A DNA stretch of 64,000 nt from Ramazzottius varieornatus (lineage: Eukaryota > Animalia > Tardigrada). A program made the position numbers and the translations under genes. Positions 1-13,358 of this stretch are shown in pieces (within the stretch, counting starts at the first letter, position 1; the number at the start of each line of letters is the position of its first letter). The stretch covers positions 1,621,773 through 1,685,772 of the forward strand of contig BDGG01000010.1 in assembly GCA_001949185.1 (NCBI GenBank), in the 5' to 3' direction. The notes beneath the pieces were generated by a model. The model saw nothing but the letters and a program-made list of their open reading frames with translations. It ran no database searches and was not told where the DNA came from.

Positions 1-1694
1 CCCCTAGGTCCGCGAGAACGGAACCACCGGATCAGAGTGCCGGGCCTCCGCAGCATGCGAGACGTTTTTCTCAGCCTAACTCTGATTTGGAATTTTCCAC
101 TCCGAAGAAAAACAATGATGGTGCTTGGTTTAGTGATGAAGATTCACAGTAGCCGCTAACTCGACTCTTGTTTTCTTCTTCTTGTTTCCTTTCACTTCCG
201 GTGGGTATCTCTAGTACTAGTGTTCGCGCTGATGAATGCGTCGCAATGGCAGGCGCACGTATCTTTGTTTTTCTCTGTTGAACAGTTTTTTTGCTCTGTA
301 TAGTGGTTCATACTTTGTAGTTAGTTTGTTGAGTTGAGAGCTCATAAGATACAGGTACTTGCTTCGGTAGAATCCGTATACGAGGAGACTGGCGATTGTG
401 GCGGTAGTTCTGTTCCCTCGACCAATAAAACAACGGCAATCAAACAATAATCCCCTGCACTTCCAAGTCATGATCAAGAATTGAGTCTGAACTCAGAAGG
501 AAACAGGCAGTTCGCAATCTCCGCATTGAAAACTGATATTATCATTTAAATAGAACACTTCGTTTGACTTCGTCGACTTCATTTCGAATTTTCGATTGGT
601 TCTACTTGAGCTCCTTTGATTCAGATATCCATCATCAGCTTCGCAGCTGTTACTGTTTCCTCTGAGGAAGAAGTTCTGCCAACTATCGAGGAAAGGACAT
701 TCCGTCCACGTTCGACATCAGGTAAGTAAATCGTATCTTACAGCTTATTTTAGTACCTACTAAATGACGATTCCGGCTTGTTCTTCAGGTGCTCAGGGAA
801 GGCTACCAAGTAGCCAGAGAAGATGTTCGGCGCAAAAGCAGCTTCGCAAAGTGAACTGGAGGAAGAACAGCGCATGGCGCAGATGGCAGTCTATCAAAGT
901 CTCGCCAGTACGAATTACAAAACGATAATAGATGGGAGCACTTGCTCGTGCCATCTGCTGCTGCTAATTGCTAAAACAACCCTTATAGCTTGATCAATCG
1001 CGTTCATCTTGTTACAGCATTCGCGGTCTTTTGCGGAATACTGCGGATCATTCCGCTTGGCATCGACGTCGTGAGCAGTTTTAGGTAACCAGATACTCTT
1101 CTGTGAACTCTCGGGTTGAACAGCCCGTCTTCATATTCGTCGAGAGCAAACCCACTCTGGTGAGACCGTGTTTTGAAAAAGCTGTCGGTCTGCGCAGTTT
1201 TCAGTGTGCATTGTAATTTTAGCGGAGTCAGTGGACTGGCTTTTGTTTTATTGAATCGTATTCTCAAAAACGTTGCAGAAAGCACGATGGAAAATCCTTC
1301 GAGACTGGGTCGAGGGAGAAGCTACTGAAAAGAACCGATATGAGCAAAAAGGGGGCACAGTTATTCGAAAATCTTCTAGGGAAACCTAAACATTACGGCT
1401 AGCTTCGGCAAAGACATCTTTCCAGAATCCATGGAAGTCGGGAAGCGGAGGGTTACTTCAGAGACTATATTTTGCCACCCACGCCTTAATTGCATCCAGT
1501 TGGTTTTGCAGAATGTACGAGCTGCTGCAAACATCCAACATTAGATTTCGGGTTACGTGACGCCTTTCACAACAAACGGGTTCTCTCACTTCACAACACA
1601 GGTCGAGACTCTAGAGGGTCAACACAACAGTTTATTTTATTTTGAAAGAGGAAGATCGACTTACGGGTCGGAATAAACCCGCACTAGTGGATCA

Positions 1695-4600
1695 TCACTG
1701 CGCGGTGTCATGTGGTTGTCGACTAGGGAAAGAGCAAGATGAAGCAAAGTGCGGATGCGAATAAGACAAACATAGTGTATAGAAGCGGCACGAACTCTTT
1801 TCTGGATCGAATGTGGGGCTTTGTAGTGATGTCCGAGCTGTGAGAGAGGTCTTCCGTGGAACCAAATCGCTTTCGAACGGTGATGGGTGGTGGTTCAAGG
1901 TGCCTGAGATGACGTAATCACTGGTCAGACTAGAACCATGCCGACCATTTTTAGTAGCAGCCGCGTTATCCAACGACAGGTTAGTAACATCGACTGGAGG
2001 TGAGACGGAAGCACGAACATTGATTAGTTCCATTCCACACTGTTAACAATAAAACACTTACGTGGATGGTTGGGTTCGAGCTTGGCGGACAAATACATGC
2101 AAGGAGGGTAGAAATCATAGACAAAATAAACAGATTGGGTACTCACTTCCTCGTCAACCAAGAGATCGCGCAGAAGTTTCCTGGCGGTTAAAAAGGCCTG
2201 TCGGTTATCCGAGACGCTTCTACAGGGTTAGAAATGTTATTAACGAAAGACAGATGAAACCAAATGAAATCAGGAAGAAAAGACATAAGACAGTCCGATT
2301 AAGTTCGAAGACTGAGGCCGAGACAGGTTTATGCGATGGAGCAAGCTTTTTTGTTACCGGCGTACCCATTTTCATTTCGGGACGAGAGTCGACGAAAGAA
2401 CGAAGGAGAGTGGGACCGTGGCTCTGGGGTCGGAGTACGACTTAGATCGTCTTCAGGAAGGTGATTTGGTTCAGGAGTTGGTGGTAAGAACGTTTCGTCG
2501 TCTAGCGGTGTCGAGATTTCCACAAGAGGTGTAGTGGGTTCCGGAATATCGTTTACATCAGCAGGTACGTCTAAAGATATTCAAATCAGCTTTGGAATTT
2601 CCATTACCCAACAGGCGCAGAAAACAAAATTCCTTTAGCCGACAAAATATTTTAGCAGAGTGCTCACCGGTGTTTTCCTCCATCCTTAATCCCCACGCTT
2701 CATCACTTGCGAGGCTTAGCGGTGAAAAACTTTCCCCAACTATTTGTTTCAGTTGTCTGCAAAGAGGAGATAGTGAAAAGACTGAAGACCTTCGTAGGCA
2801 CGGTCGATTCGAAAAACAGTCTTTTGACGTACTCGACGCGCTCAACATATCGTTGCTTTGCTCTTTTCAACATGTAGAGGTCTTCCTCCATTTCGTTTCT
2901 CTGTTGCTCCAAGCGCGTCATGACTCGCTACGAAAATGTTCACATTGGAAATAAGTACTGGAATGGTGCCGCGCGTAAAGTAAATGCTTCGAGAGCTCAA
3001 CTTACCTCATTCAACTTCGAGTCCTTCGTCAACTTTTTGAGTTCATCTGTCAGGCTGTCACACTGCGCGCGAATTTCGGCCTCCTGATTTCTCAAGCCCG
3101 TGATTCGTTGTTCCACACTAGCCTTCTGTCTTTCCAAACTCTCAATCTGTAGTAAGTAAACGTTCTTGGAAACAGTCGTTCATAACAAGGAAATACGGTA
3201 CTGGAGGGCTACTGGAGATCAGCTGCCTTACCTGTGTTTTCTTGATGGCACTTTCGTCGGCAACTTCCATCTCAAGTCGATCGAGTTCATGTCTTAGTCT
3301 AGCTATATTCTTCTCGATCTAAAACCAGAAAAGTTTTCGACGCTAACCAATTAACCGTAAGTCTGCATAATCCCAGTTCTCTGCTCACATCATCTATTTC
3401 CTTCTGATGAGCACTACGCAGTTCTTCGACTCTCTTCCTGTGGGTCGCTAATAGTTCAGCGATTTCAGATTCCATAGACCGCTTCAACTGATCTAATTCT
3501 TTTCGTTCTATTTCCGTTTGTTTCTCTATTTGTTCTTTCCTCAGGTTTTCTTCCATCTTCTTCAGGTCCTCAGCCATAGCGTTCCTGGAAGAAAAAAGGA
3601 TTCTCGGGCACTAGATAAGAGAGCAGCTCGGCGAAAAATCAACCTCAGAGCTCTTTCTTGCACATTCCTTTCCGCATCCAGTTGGTCCTTCAGTTTCTGC
3701 AAGTCAACCTTGACCGCTTCCCTGTTGGATCAAAATACAAATTTTCATACCACAAGGAAGGAGGGAGACTACTGACAAACGACAAAGTAATTCAGCGCCC
3801 TTACCGAATACTCTGTTCTTGCTTTTCCTTATCTCGTTGAACAACTTCCTTAATCACTCGTAGGTCCTCCATCGACCGAAGCCTGCAACCCAACATGCTC
3901 GGTAGTCAGCTCGCATTTCCTACTGTGATGAATTTGCCCATCCAAACTGAACGCTGCTGTGACGGTAGCCCTGTCTGAACGGATAATGGTATACCTTATG
4001 TTCGCTTCCTCAGCTTCTTTCTCTTTGTCCATTTTTCCTTTGAATATTCTGATTTCTTCGGCCATCTGTGTCCTGTAAAACGGTTCTTTGGGTAAGCGTG
4101 CATGTAATAAAACTGGGCGCCGTTTGTTTCTCCAACCTCAGTCGTTTTTCCTCTTCGATTCTTTCCTTCGCAAGCCTTTCCCGGATATTGTTCAGTGCGA
4201 GATCGTGTTCCTTCTTCATCTTTTCCTCTTCCTCCCTGAGCCGTTGAGCATTAGTCTGAGCGGCTGAAGTGGCATTATCCGCAGGGCGGGGCTCCCCTGG
4301 GATTTCGGGGTGGTTGAACTGCAGCGAAATCCTTCGCGCCGAAGTGAGAGCAGTAGAATCCTTTTCCATGCTAGCTTTCTGCTCCATAACTTCAATCAGC
4401 TTCGTGAATTTCGACTCAATTGACGGTTTTCTTTCCAGTGGTGATTGGATCTTGTCATTGTGTGGAGGTGGAGGTGGCGGTGGTTTCTCGTCACGAGGCG
4501 GAGGCTTGTTGTTATTGTGGAATGGTTCGGAAGCCCTGCAAAGTTACGGATTAAGGGCCAATAATCCCGTTCTTACGCCAAGTATGAGAGGTACGCGGAA

Positions 4601-6331
4601 GAGTGGAGATAGAAGAAGAGGAAAGAAAGAACTGTGGTTTGCGGAGACCCAGACAAGTACAGTAGGATTACCTTGGTTTCTCTTCTACAAGGGTTTTGGT
4701 TTCCGCCAAAGTCGCATTTGGAGACTGAGCTCGATTGAAAGGGTTGCTGAAGAAGACAGAGAGACAATACGTGGAAAGAACCGGGAAAGATAGATGGTAG
4801 AGGAAGAGTAGAGGAAGGACAAATAAGAGAGAGTGAAGGTGATAAATATCGGGAAGGGAGCGCTACGCTACTTACGATGAAGTGTCCGGAGAGCCAGGTG
4901 CCACGCCATCGGAGTTGACGTTAGGGATAATTTTTCTTAGCTCTGCTGGGCTATCGACAGGCGTAGGAGGGAGCGACGGATTTGGCGAGGCAGTGGCGGT
5001 CGTTTTCGACCATGGAGGAGGTGTGAGCAGTGTCGTATTTGGAGCGCGCAGATTTGGCACGGGAGATCGCGGACGAAGGCTGGGTCGCTCGAACCGCCCG
5101 GTCTGGGTAGGGGAAGGCTGGCGGAATAGATTGTACGGCTGGAAAAAAAACCGTTAGTATGTTTCAAATACTGAAACTATTATAGACTCCGAAAAAGAAA
5201 TTGAAAATATATTCGAAATCAACTAAACGGGATCTTGGCAAGAAGACTCGCCGGAACTGCTTTCCCAAGTGGCGCACGTTTACAGTGTCATTAGCTGAAA
5301 GCGTGCACCACTCAAAATACCTTGTCGGGTTTGTTTGCCCCGGCCTTTTACGGTACTAAATTTTTCGACGCGTTGGTAGAAGTAGATGGGCGAATACAAC
5401 AACCGGCTTCATCTGACTTCGGAGAAACTGACAAACAGTGGATACTTACCGATTTGGGTCTCGTCGAACCCTCATGGTTCTCCGTGGGTTGCATCGTTGG
5501 TTCTTCGACACATTTCTTCCGGAGCCGGTTCTGACGTTCAACCTCGACCTGCTTTCGGTAATGACTGTCCATGGGGTGTTCCCATGAGGCTGCACCATTC
5601 CCGACATTGAAATAATAAATCTGTCCTGATGGCTGGTCTTCGCTACAAGGATATAATGCGATAATGGTAAATAAACAGATTCTTTAGTTCTTCGAGTGTT
5701 GATCGAGGACGGAAGCTGCAACTTACACGGCTCTCCAATCAGCGGGAAGTGGGGCGTTGAGGCCGTCTCGAGCGATCCACACAAGATCTTCTTCATCTTT
5801 GGTGTTGATTCCCAAGGCGCGAGCGTACTCGGCGATATCTGCAAAGATAAATTTACTCACGTAATTATAATTAGAACTTCACACCACTCATCAGTCCTCT
5901 TCGATTTATCGGTAACAGATCCGACAGACGACTTATTACGCTTGTTCGGACTTCAGAACTTGCTTCGTCAGACTCTCGGATCCGCGTCAACAAGTCAGCT
6001 ACTCTGACGTCATCCAGGCAAATCAAATTAAGATCTAGAACATCAGCTAAACGAAGATGGTTACATACAGTAACTCGAAAACAGCTTGAAGTCCCGTAGA
6101 TTGACTAAACAAGCTGAAGTTCTGACAGAGTTTAAGATCAATTTTGCTTGACCGTACTGCGCTGTTCGTTCATCACCGGAGCTCTTCGTTCAGAGCTACA
6201 ATCCGCGACAAGGAAACGCAGCTTTCGAAGTGTGAGTTTATAGTGAGCTTACCGTCATCAGTGGGGACCTCTTGAAGGTCTTCTCGATTCAAGTCTTCTA
6301 GAAGCAAAATTTGAGGTCTTGCAGATTTCAT
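1695..6331 (-). CDS. CEP164: CEP164-like centriolar distal-appendage protein (N-terminal WW region, Pro-rich segment, long coiled coil); multi-exon
   Basis: Spliced N-terminus MKSARPQILLLEDLNREDLQEVPTDD|DIAEYARALGINTKDEEDLVWIARDGLNAPLPADWRAV|EDQPSGQIYYFNVGNGAASWEHPMDSHYRKQ matches the CEP164 N-terminal/WW pattern. E/K/R-rich coiled-coil exons lie at 2700-4400. The 3' end near 1695 is the least certain part. Confidence 0.8.
5261..5316. repeat. Dispersed palindrome family copy (AAGTGGCGCACG-loop-CGTGCGCCACTT), CEP164 intron
   Basis: ccaagtggcgcacgtt..ttagctgaaagcgtgcaccact. Confidence 0.75.
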
Positions 6332-7728
6332 ATTCCAACATGAAGGCGAGGAGTCGTCGTTGTGCCGTAGAATCCGCATAGGTCCAGACTTTCCTTGTCA
6401 ATCAGTGATTCAAAATCTCCCAACAGATTCGCACAGCCACCATCTCATTAAAATGCGTGACTAAGATAGTGAGCAACACAAAGAGATCAAAACCGCCGCA
6501 CAACTTATGAATCTGATTCATAGAGATCAACATGCAATCTGAAGACGAGGGACCAATGTTGTGTTTGCCAGGAGACTTCGCAACGCCAGAGCTATTCTGA
6601 CTTTGCCACGTTCGAAGCAGCAGCCATCGTCGGCAAAAAGCGGTGCATTACTCGCAGCAGACTCGAAGCCCGCTGTCTGCCGTAACATGTTGTTTGTCCT
6701 GGCGTAAGGGAAGGAAACACTTCACGCAGTAAGAAGTGCTGCATACTGGTACGCGTACTGCGTCGCATCGTTCTCTGAAAATGGGAGCATGTTATGGGTA
6801 CATATTTCGAGTGATTCTGTTGCTAAAACGGGCCTGCCTCTATCACTCGCTTCATCAAATGTCAGACATAACTCATAAGACTTTCCGGCTCCCATGTTCC
6901 TCTGTCGCTTCATAGCGACTGAACGAGTGAGCAATTCTAGGGACGGTTCGAATCATCTGTCGGCTTAGCAGTAGCTATGCATCCTCAGCTCTCTCACGTA
7001 CTGCGGTCTCCGCGTTAACTAATCAGCCTCTTCAAAAGTCTTCGAAGATCTATACTACGTACGATGGAAATACCTAACTTGCGATACCGCTAACAGAGCC
7101 AAGATAATGCCTCCTGAGATCCCAGCTGATCAAGATTTAGATACTCAGGTGCAGATATTCTGTTACACTGAGTCCTTTCCGGAATTAGTCAAAAATCGAT
7201 CAGCGATATCGAGCTCCGAGCGCCCCACGCCATTCCACAGCTCTATCCGTATGATTCCGCAATGTTGTGAGTGTAGGTAGATCCCGTGCACGGCACACCT
7301 GCAGCTGCATAAACAAAGATGGAACGTAAACGCACCCACTGACGGTTTCCATCAGCGCTTGCTGTGTAGTGAACCAACCAGAAATACTTCGAGGCTGGTG
7401 GCTGGTTTCCCACCGCCACCGGTGCTGTATCCTGTGCACTACTGCCTGACTCGAAAGAGCTTCCGGTAGGCGGCGCACACGTGCATGCAAATCTCACTCA
7501 CTATCTACCAATCTGATTCACTATAACAATATCAAAATAATTTGTGCACTTCACAACACGCAGAAACAACGGGGTTTTGCTAATTATGGAAATCAGTACC
7601 TGGATTTCGCCGAGTCAAGGATATTCGGGGGAAAGGACAATGTCACACAACTTCAAAACGGGAGTAGTTTTCTTGTTCTTGCTTGCGGTACGTACTTCAG
7701 CAGCTTTCTGTCAAATCTTCAAGCCAAC

Positions 7729-8862
7729 TTAGATGTCAGGGTTAAGCTGGCGTGAAGACAGTGTAATCTGCTCTCCGGGCTTAAACGGTGGCATGCCGGC
7801 ATATGGGCAACTTGCGCATCGAAAAGCGTCTCCAAGATAACACTACAGTATCGAAAACGACAAAGTTAGAGAAAATGTAAGGCTACACATTTCGGTCAAA
7901 AGTTTATTACGTCTCTAAGACCCCAATAACTTACACTTCCACAGCTCGAGATGACTTTCGTCGGCGCTGCTTTCGACTCCAGTTCTTCGGCAAGTCCGCA
8001 AGAACAGTTCTTGCACGCTCTTTTCTTTCCGGGCCCGCAGTCCACTACACGAAATAAAGATCTTTATTCGTCCGAGAATAACACTACAGTAATTGAAACA
8101 GTCATTCGTCTACCTTTCAACGAAGTTGGGTCAGGTCTAACAAGGTCGCCCTCTTCCAACATCTCGTTCTGGTCTATCAAATCCACGTCGTCGTCCATCA
8201 TGTCCGACGTCGATAACGCCCATACCTTAGCAGCGTCTTTCAAAGGAGCCACATAGTTACCGTTAGTTCCGTTCGTTGTCTTGCTTACTACAGGAGAGGT
8301 CGTTATTGGACGATTAAGAGCGACAGGGATACTATGAACACGTGTTCTTGCGACCAAAATCTGTACTCACATTCTGCTGCTCCGGGAAGACGACTGCTTG
8401 ACCCGATCTCATACGCAGGCTTTCGAACACAACCCTGGCAAACCTTGAGAGGCAGACTGAACGGGATCTGCAGGCTCGTTCTCATCTTGCCGAGGACGTC
8501 GTCTGGCACCACGATATCTCTGAAATCCTTCAAGTCACAGAACAGTTAGTGCGTGTGCAAAAGGGTGTAGTTAGCCAAGAGCTCAAAGAAGATGTCTTAC
8601 TTCATCTGCCGCAACGAATCCGTTGATCTTCAAGTGCGACTTCAGCCAGCTTTCCGTTTTCACGGGCAAGCCTGGCGTGCTGAGGGGCACGACGACCTCT
8701 TGGAAGACGAAAGTGCCATTCGGTTTCAGGATCCGTATAACTTCGGGTAAGATGGAATCGTCGTGTACTAAGGTTTGGAGAGGAACAACACCGGATACTA
8801 CCACATCGAAGTAAGAATCCGGATGATTCGCTACAGAGTAAACAATTAACAGTCAAGAAGTC

Positions 8863-8896
<34 letters not shown>

Positions 8897-8924
8897 AATT
8901 TATATATATATATATATATATAGT

Positions 8925-8966
<42 letters not shown>

Positions 8967-9170
8967 TCAACAAATATATAGCCATGCTTGATCCAAACGA
9001 TACGTACACATGCTTAATCGTTCGACGTTCTCCACGGATAAGTGACCTCCTGACCCAATCCATCCTTGGAAGTCTGCGACATAGCTTTTCAGCTGTTCGG
9101 GATCAACTCCCGCGTGCCACAACAGCGCGATTGTCTTTCCGGATAAGTCCACAGCGTCAAATATGGTCAT
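7729..9170 (-). CDS. CIAPIN1: Anamorsin (CIAPIN1/Dre2), cytosolic Fe-S assembly factor; multi-exon
   Basis: Methyltransferase-like N-terminus ([17 protein letters not shown]), acidic linker ([21 protein letters not shown]), and the two Cys motifs [14 protein letters not shown] and CGS|[24 protein letters not shown]. Stop TAA at 7729-7731. Confidence 0.95.
8866..8980. repeat. Compound (TA)n microsatellite interrupted by AGTCAA units, in anamorsin intron 1
   Basis: Three visible (TA)n runs separated or followed by agtcaa. Confidence 0.95.
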
Positions 9171-10052
9171 GTTTCGGTTGTAGATTTGCAGTTGCTATCA
9201 GCTGCCGAACTATTGAACCTGTAGAAAAACCAAAGACAGAAAGATTCTGACCACTCTCGGAAAGGATTGGAGCGACTTGTTCTGCCTTCCATAAATTATG
9301 AGTGGACACCTTGGGCATAGTGAAAGGTCTATATCGGATGTTTCCAGTGATAAATTGACTTACCACCGTTCCTTGCTTCTTGTCCAGTGAATCACTCCCT
9401 ACTCGTGAAGATGGGTCACAACTCCGAATCTAAACATTCGCTGGTACACCAACTCCTCTACGATTATACAACGTCGTGATCTAAATCTGAGATCTGATTG
9501 GATTCATTTGGACTCATCAGTACCGAAGTTGAGTGAAGGCAAAGCGTACCAAGGCCAGTAATTTTCGTTTCCGGACGATTGTGCACAAACAAACTTTGCG
9601 AAAAAGTGGAAAACAAGGGCGGGACCTGCTCCACCTTACAAACTGAGCAAGTGCAGTGGTCAACCAATCAATGGACTTCTCAGAGATGCTTTATGGGAGC
9701 GCAAATCAAGCGCTGTTGCAATCAATCAGACAGTTAGCGGTGTATTTGCCTGCTCCATCAAATTTTCATTGTTTTCCGGTTTCCCGACGTCAACAGTCCC
9801 GTTTCTGGTTCCTCTGTGTATGTATTATATTCTTCCAGTCTTCCTGTAAAAGTGTGATAGCTCATTTGAGTGTTCGAGTGTCTGGAGAAGACAGGGTACA
9901 CCCTGTGGGGGAGCCATGGCGAGCTACGGCAGGAAGACAGAATGTCTCGAAGCAACGACGCCAAATATGGCGGTCGGTTGACCATCACGAAATCATCGGG
10001 AGTGGACTGTGTGACGTTGGACCATTAAGCAAGTCAACAGGATCCTGCTATC

Positions 10053-10692
10053 ATGGCAAATGCTCCAAGCGCTCAGGTACCCGTATTTTGTTATATGAAT
10101 TGTTAGTTACTGCTCCTCCGGTTTGATGTCGAATATCATATTTCACAGGTTGCTCCTGATCCATTAAAGCAGGAGATGTTGTCCTCTAAGAACGCCAGTG
10201 CCATGTCACACAACAACAGAACACCTTCGGGAGTGAACGTACACAGTGATAACCTGAAAGGGACGTCTAGTATCCCGAGCCTGATAGAGCGATCTCCTTC
10301 GTTCGTCGAGGGCGTCACCGGACCGACTTCCGAATATGTAATCCTCGTATCTTCTGACTTCCACGAGTTCGTGATAAAGAGGAAGGCTGCATACGTTTCG
10401 CCAACGCTGAAAAGGATTTTCGAGGGATATAGCAAAGAACTGGGCGCAAATTCCGTTAGCGAGGTCCTCGTCAACTATCCGTAAGTTCACCGACTGACCA
10501 CGTCAAAAACTGATGTTGAAACTTTAAAAAGACTTCCGTCTTACTTGCAGGTCGATGATTGTCAGCAAGGTTGTGAGTTACCTGGTTTACAAAGAATACT
10601 ACGAACGTACAATGGAGGACGCACCAAAGTTCACGGTGGACCCGGCAATGGTGCTGGAAGTCCTGATGGCCTCCCAGTTCCTGGACATTTGA
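10053..10692 (+). CDS. Elongin-C-like (SKP1/BTB fold) protein with Ser-rich N-terminal extension; 3 coding exons
   Basis: MANAPSAQ|VAPDPLKQEMLSS...SEYVILVSSDFHEFVIKRKAAYVSPTLKRIFEG...VNYP|SMIVSKVVSYLVYKEYY...PKFTVDPAMVLEVLMASQFLDI* carries the Elongin C motifs (YVxLxSSDxHEF; LExLMAxxFLD). GT-AG junctions are in phase. Confidence 0.85.
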
Positions 10693-13358
10693 GTCTGCCT
10701 TCGTTCTGACATGACAATGTATTGTTTATGGCTGTACGGTGTGCGGTAAGAGTAGCCTTTCCACTCACGAGACCCATATAAGTAACATTTCGTAAGCCCC
10801 GAAGAGAAACGGGAGGTTGTCAACTTTCGTAAACCCACCGATCAGCATTCACAACACGTTAAACAACAATGCCCGTGCAGGAAAGGCGGCAAGAGGAACC
10901 TACAGATTCGATTTTTCTAGACACACTTGTAGAATTAATGTGGAAACTGAACTGTGAGAAAAAAATGTGCTGTAGAATGTAGATCACTATGAAACACACA
11001 TTTCCACGCTTTAGATGCCAGTGTGCAGATTTCTGGTCGTGACATCTGTGAATTGCACACAGTAAGATTCAGTACATATCCACGTATTACACATACTTTC
11101 TTTTGCAAAGTCCTGACATTCGTTTTTGTGTTGTTGTAACAGAATCTACAGTATGTGGAACACGGAAACCCCCGATAGCGCGGGGACTGGATGGAGCGAG
11201 ATTCTTGTAAGTATAAACTAACTGTGCAGATTGCTCTATTTTACTGTTAACAGCCGGAGATACCATAAAATTTCACAGAACTACAAAAATTCTCGAAGCG
11301 GCGCACGTTTGAAAGTTTCCTGCCGTTGGTCTTTTCCTGTAGGAATTTTTCTGGTGTTCGAATTCTCCGGTGAAGCACGTCCGGTGGACGTCATTACACT
11401 GATGTACTATGACTGTTCTTTTGTGGGGAGAGAATCAATGCAGGGTTATTTTGGTTCTTTGGGAAAGTCCTTTGAGAAGCAGAAACTCTGGGATCAGAAT
11501 AGTCGGTGTCTTGTTGGGAGTAAAAGGCAGAGTAAACAAGACAGCTCGTTGAGGGAAAAACATCTTTTGTTGTTGGGAGTCCCTCGTCGCGATCGGTATG
11601 TATGGCACGTACTGCGCACTATCGAGCGGTGTAGGTGGCGCCGGTGTCGGGGGATAAGCTAGTACAGTAGTTAGGGTTCCCTGATGGGTTCGTCAAGATA
11701 GGAGAACTAAAAAAAATATCTGAAAATTTGGATACCAGCTCGGTTGAGGCAGCTGTTCAAGCAAGTGCGTCATGATGTTCTTGACCACCAGTCTTCTCAA
11801 TGGAATTTTGATGAGTTCCGTTTTCGATCGTTCACGATCTATTAGTAATCGATTTCACTTCCAGTGCGTTTCCTGGTCGGTCTTCCCGCCTCGTACGGTG
11901 TTCATCTTTACTCCGCATTGTACTGGAAACCTAGACATGCTTTTGTCATTTCCTGTCCCGAGTATATTCAAACAGTTTGAAGAGCGTGAATGAAACTCAA
12001 ACAGGCAGAGACCGCTGTTCCTGGCAAGGGTCTCTCCCGTCTTTGCACAGCTCTCCATGAGGCAACCCGAAAAAGTCTCTCTGTTTATTGCAACCCTTTT
12101 CTTACGCCTCATTTTTCTTCAAGATTTTCACTAGGAATTTCAAATCAACTGTCATAGGGTACTTTTTTATTATCAGCTGGATGATTGCCAGTGCGCGTAT
12201 GAGGGACAATCGTAGTGGAGGTCCGCAGCTGGCAAAATGCAGATCTTGAGTATGGGTCCCCGAGAGAAACAAGAGGCTGTCCGTCGAGCGTGCTTCAACA
12301 ATGTAGATTTCCCTCTAGCGCAAAAGTGATGTACAATCGACGTGCGGAAAGGAAGCTGGAAAAGCGAAGGCGACTGAGTAAAGGCTGGAAAAATCACAAA
12401 AGCTTAGTCGAAAGAGGGGACACTAAAGCTGAAAGCTGATTTAGGCTGCAGCAATGGTGTTTTTTTCCGTCCCCTTTTCTTATCGATTTTCGGTTCGTTC
12501 TTTGCAATCTGTAACGCTGGAAACAGATAGCGGATCGAGATTGACTGTGGGGCTGATTTGACGATGCCATTCCCTTCACTCAGCGCAATGCTAGGCTGTC
12601 GTCGTCCGTCCATCCGTCTGAGAGGGTAAAGAGGAAGAGAGCCTGGAAGATGTCCTGGTACATTTTCCGGAATGGATAGTATGATTGATATCGCGAAGCA
12701 GAAGAGCAGCCAGCTAAAGCAAAAACGTCGAACCCATCGGCTTCATACTCCACAATCAGTGAAGTGCGTCTGTCTCTATGGTGTGCTGGCTCTCAGAGAT
12801 CGTAGCAGCTATACTCTTCCAGCTTGGAATTTTTCGGATGCACGGCAGGAAAATGCGCATTGTACTGTACCACATATAGTACGTGATGTTGCTTTTGTAG
12901 CTTGGATGGTAACAGAGATAACGAGTCGCACTTGAATGTATTCCTGCTCTTGCTGGATTCTCCTCTCTTCGTTTCCGTTTCGGCTTGTCTGTTTAGTAAG
13001 ATAAACTGGCTGTGGTGTTAAGTCTCCCGCCAACTCTGAGGTCAGTTTGATACCACAGTGCATGCACGCTCCATCTCTTCCTTCACTGTAAATCCGAGAA
13101 CGACACGCATGTATTCGGAGAGACGACTTTCTGGATGGAGCTGTAAACCAAAGTTCGTACGTTGAAACTATTTTGCATCTTATCACCATTGATGTGATTT
13201 CCCGTTTAGTGGGCGTAAAGCTACGGAAGTGATTTTGGAACAAATTACACCGTTTTACTACCAAAGAATTTACAGCCGTTTAATCTAACAAATCCTTCGG
13301 CTTCGTCTTGTGTACCGTTGATTTTCCATTTTAGCCGGAAGTGACTCGATGCTCGTAA

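Noticed and set aside
84-1320. Exon-like segments with splice signals (gtaagt at 722, cag at 786-788) and short ORFs
   Set aside because: No recognisable protein family or consistent frame. Could be a pseudogene or TE remnant but cannot be supported.
6500-7500. Short minus-strand ORFs between CEP164 and anamorsin
   Set aside because: No motif recognised and no coherent exon chain.
8602-9063. 153-aa ORF with a YIYIYI tract
   Set aside because: Translation artefact of the intronic TA repeat.
11231-13264. Several 60-150 aa ORFs upstream of SLC26
   Set aside because: No homology recognised. Likely UTR, intronic or intergenic sequence.
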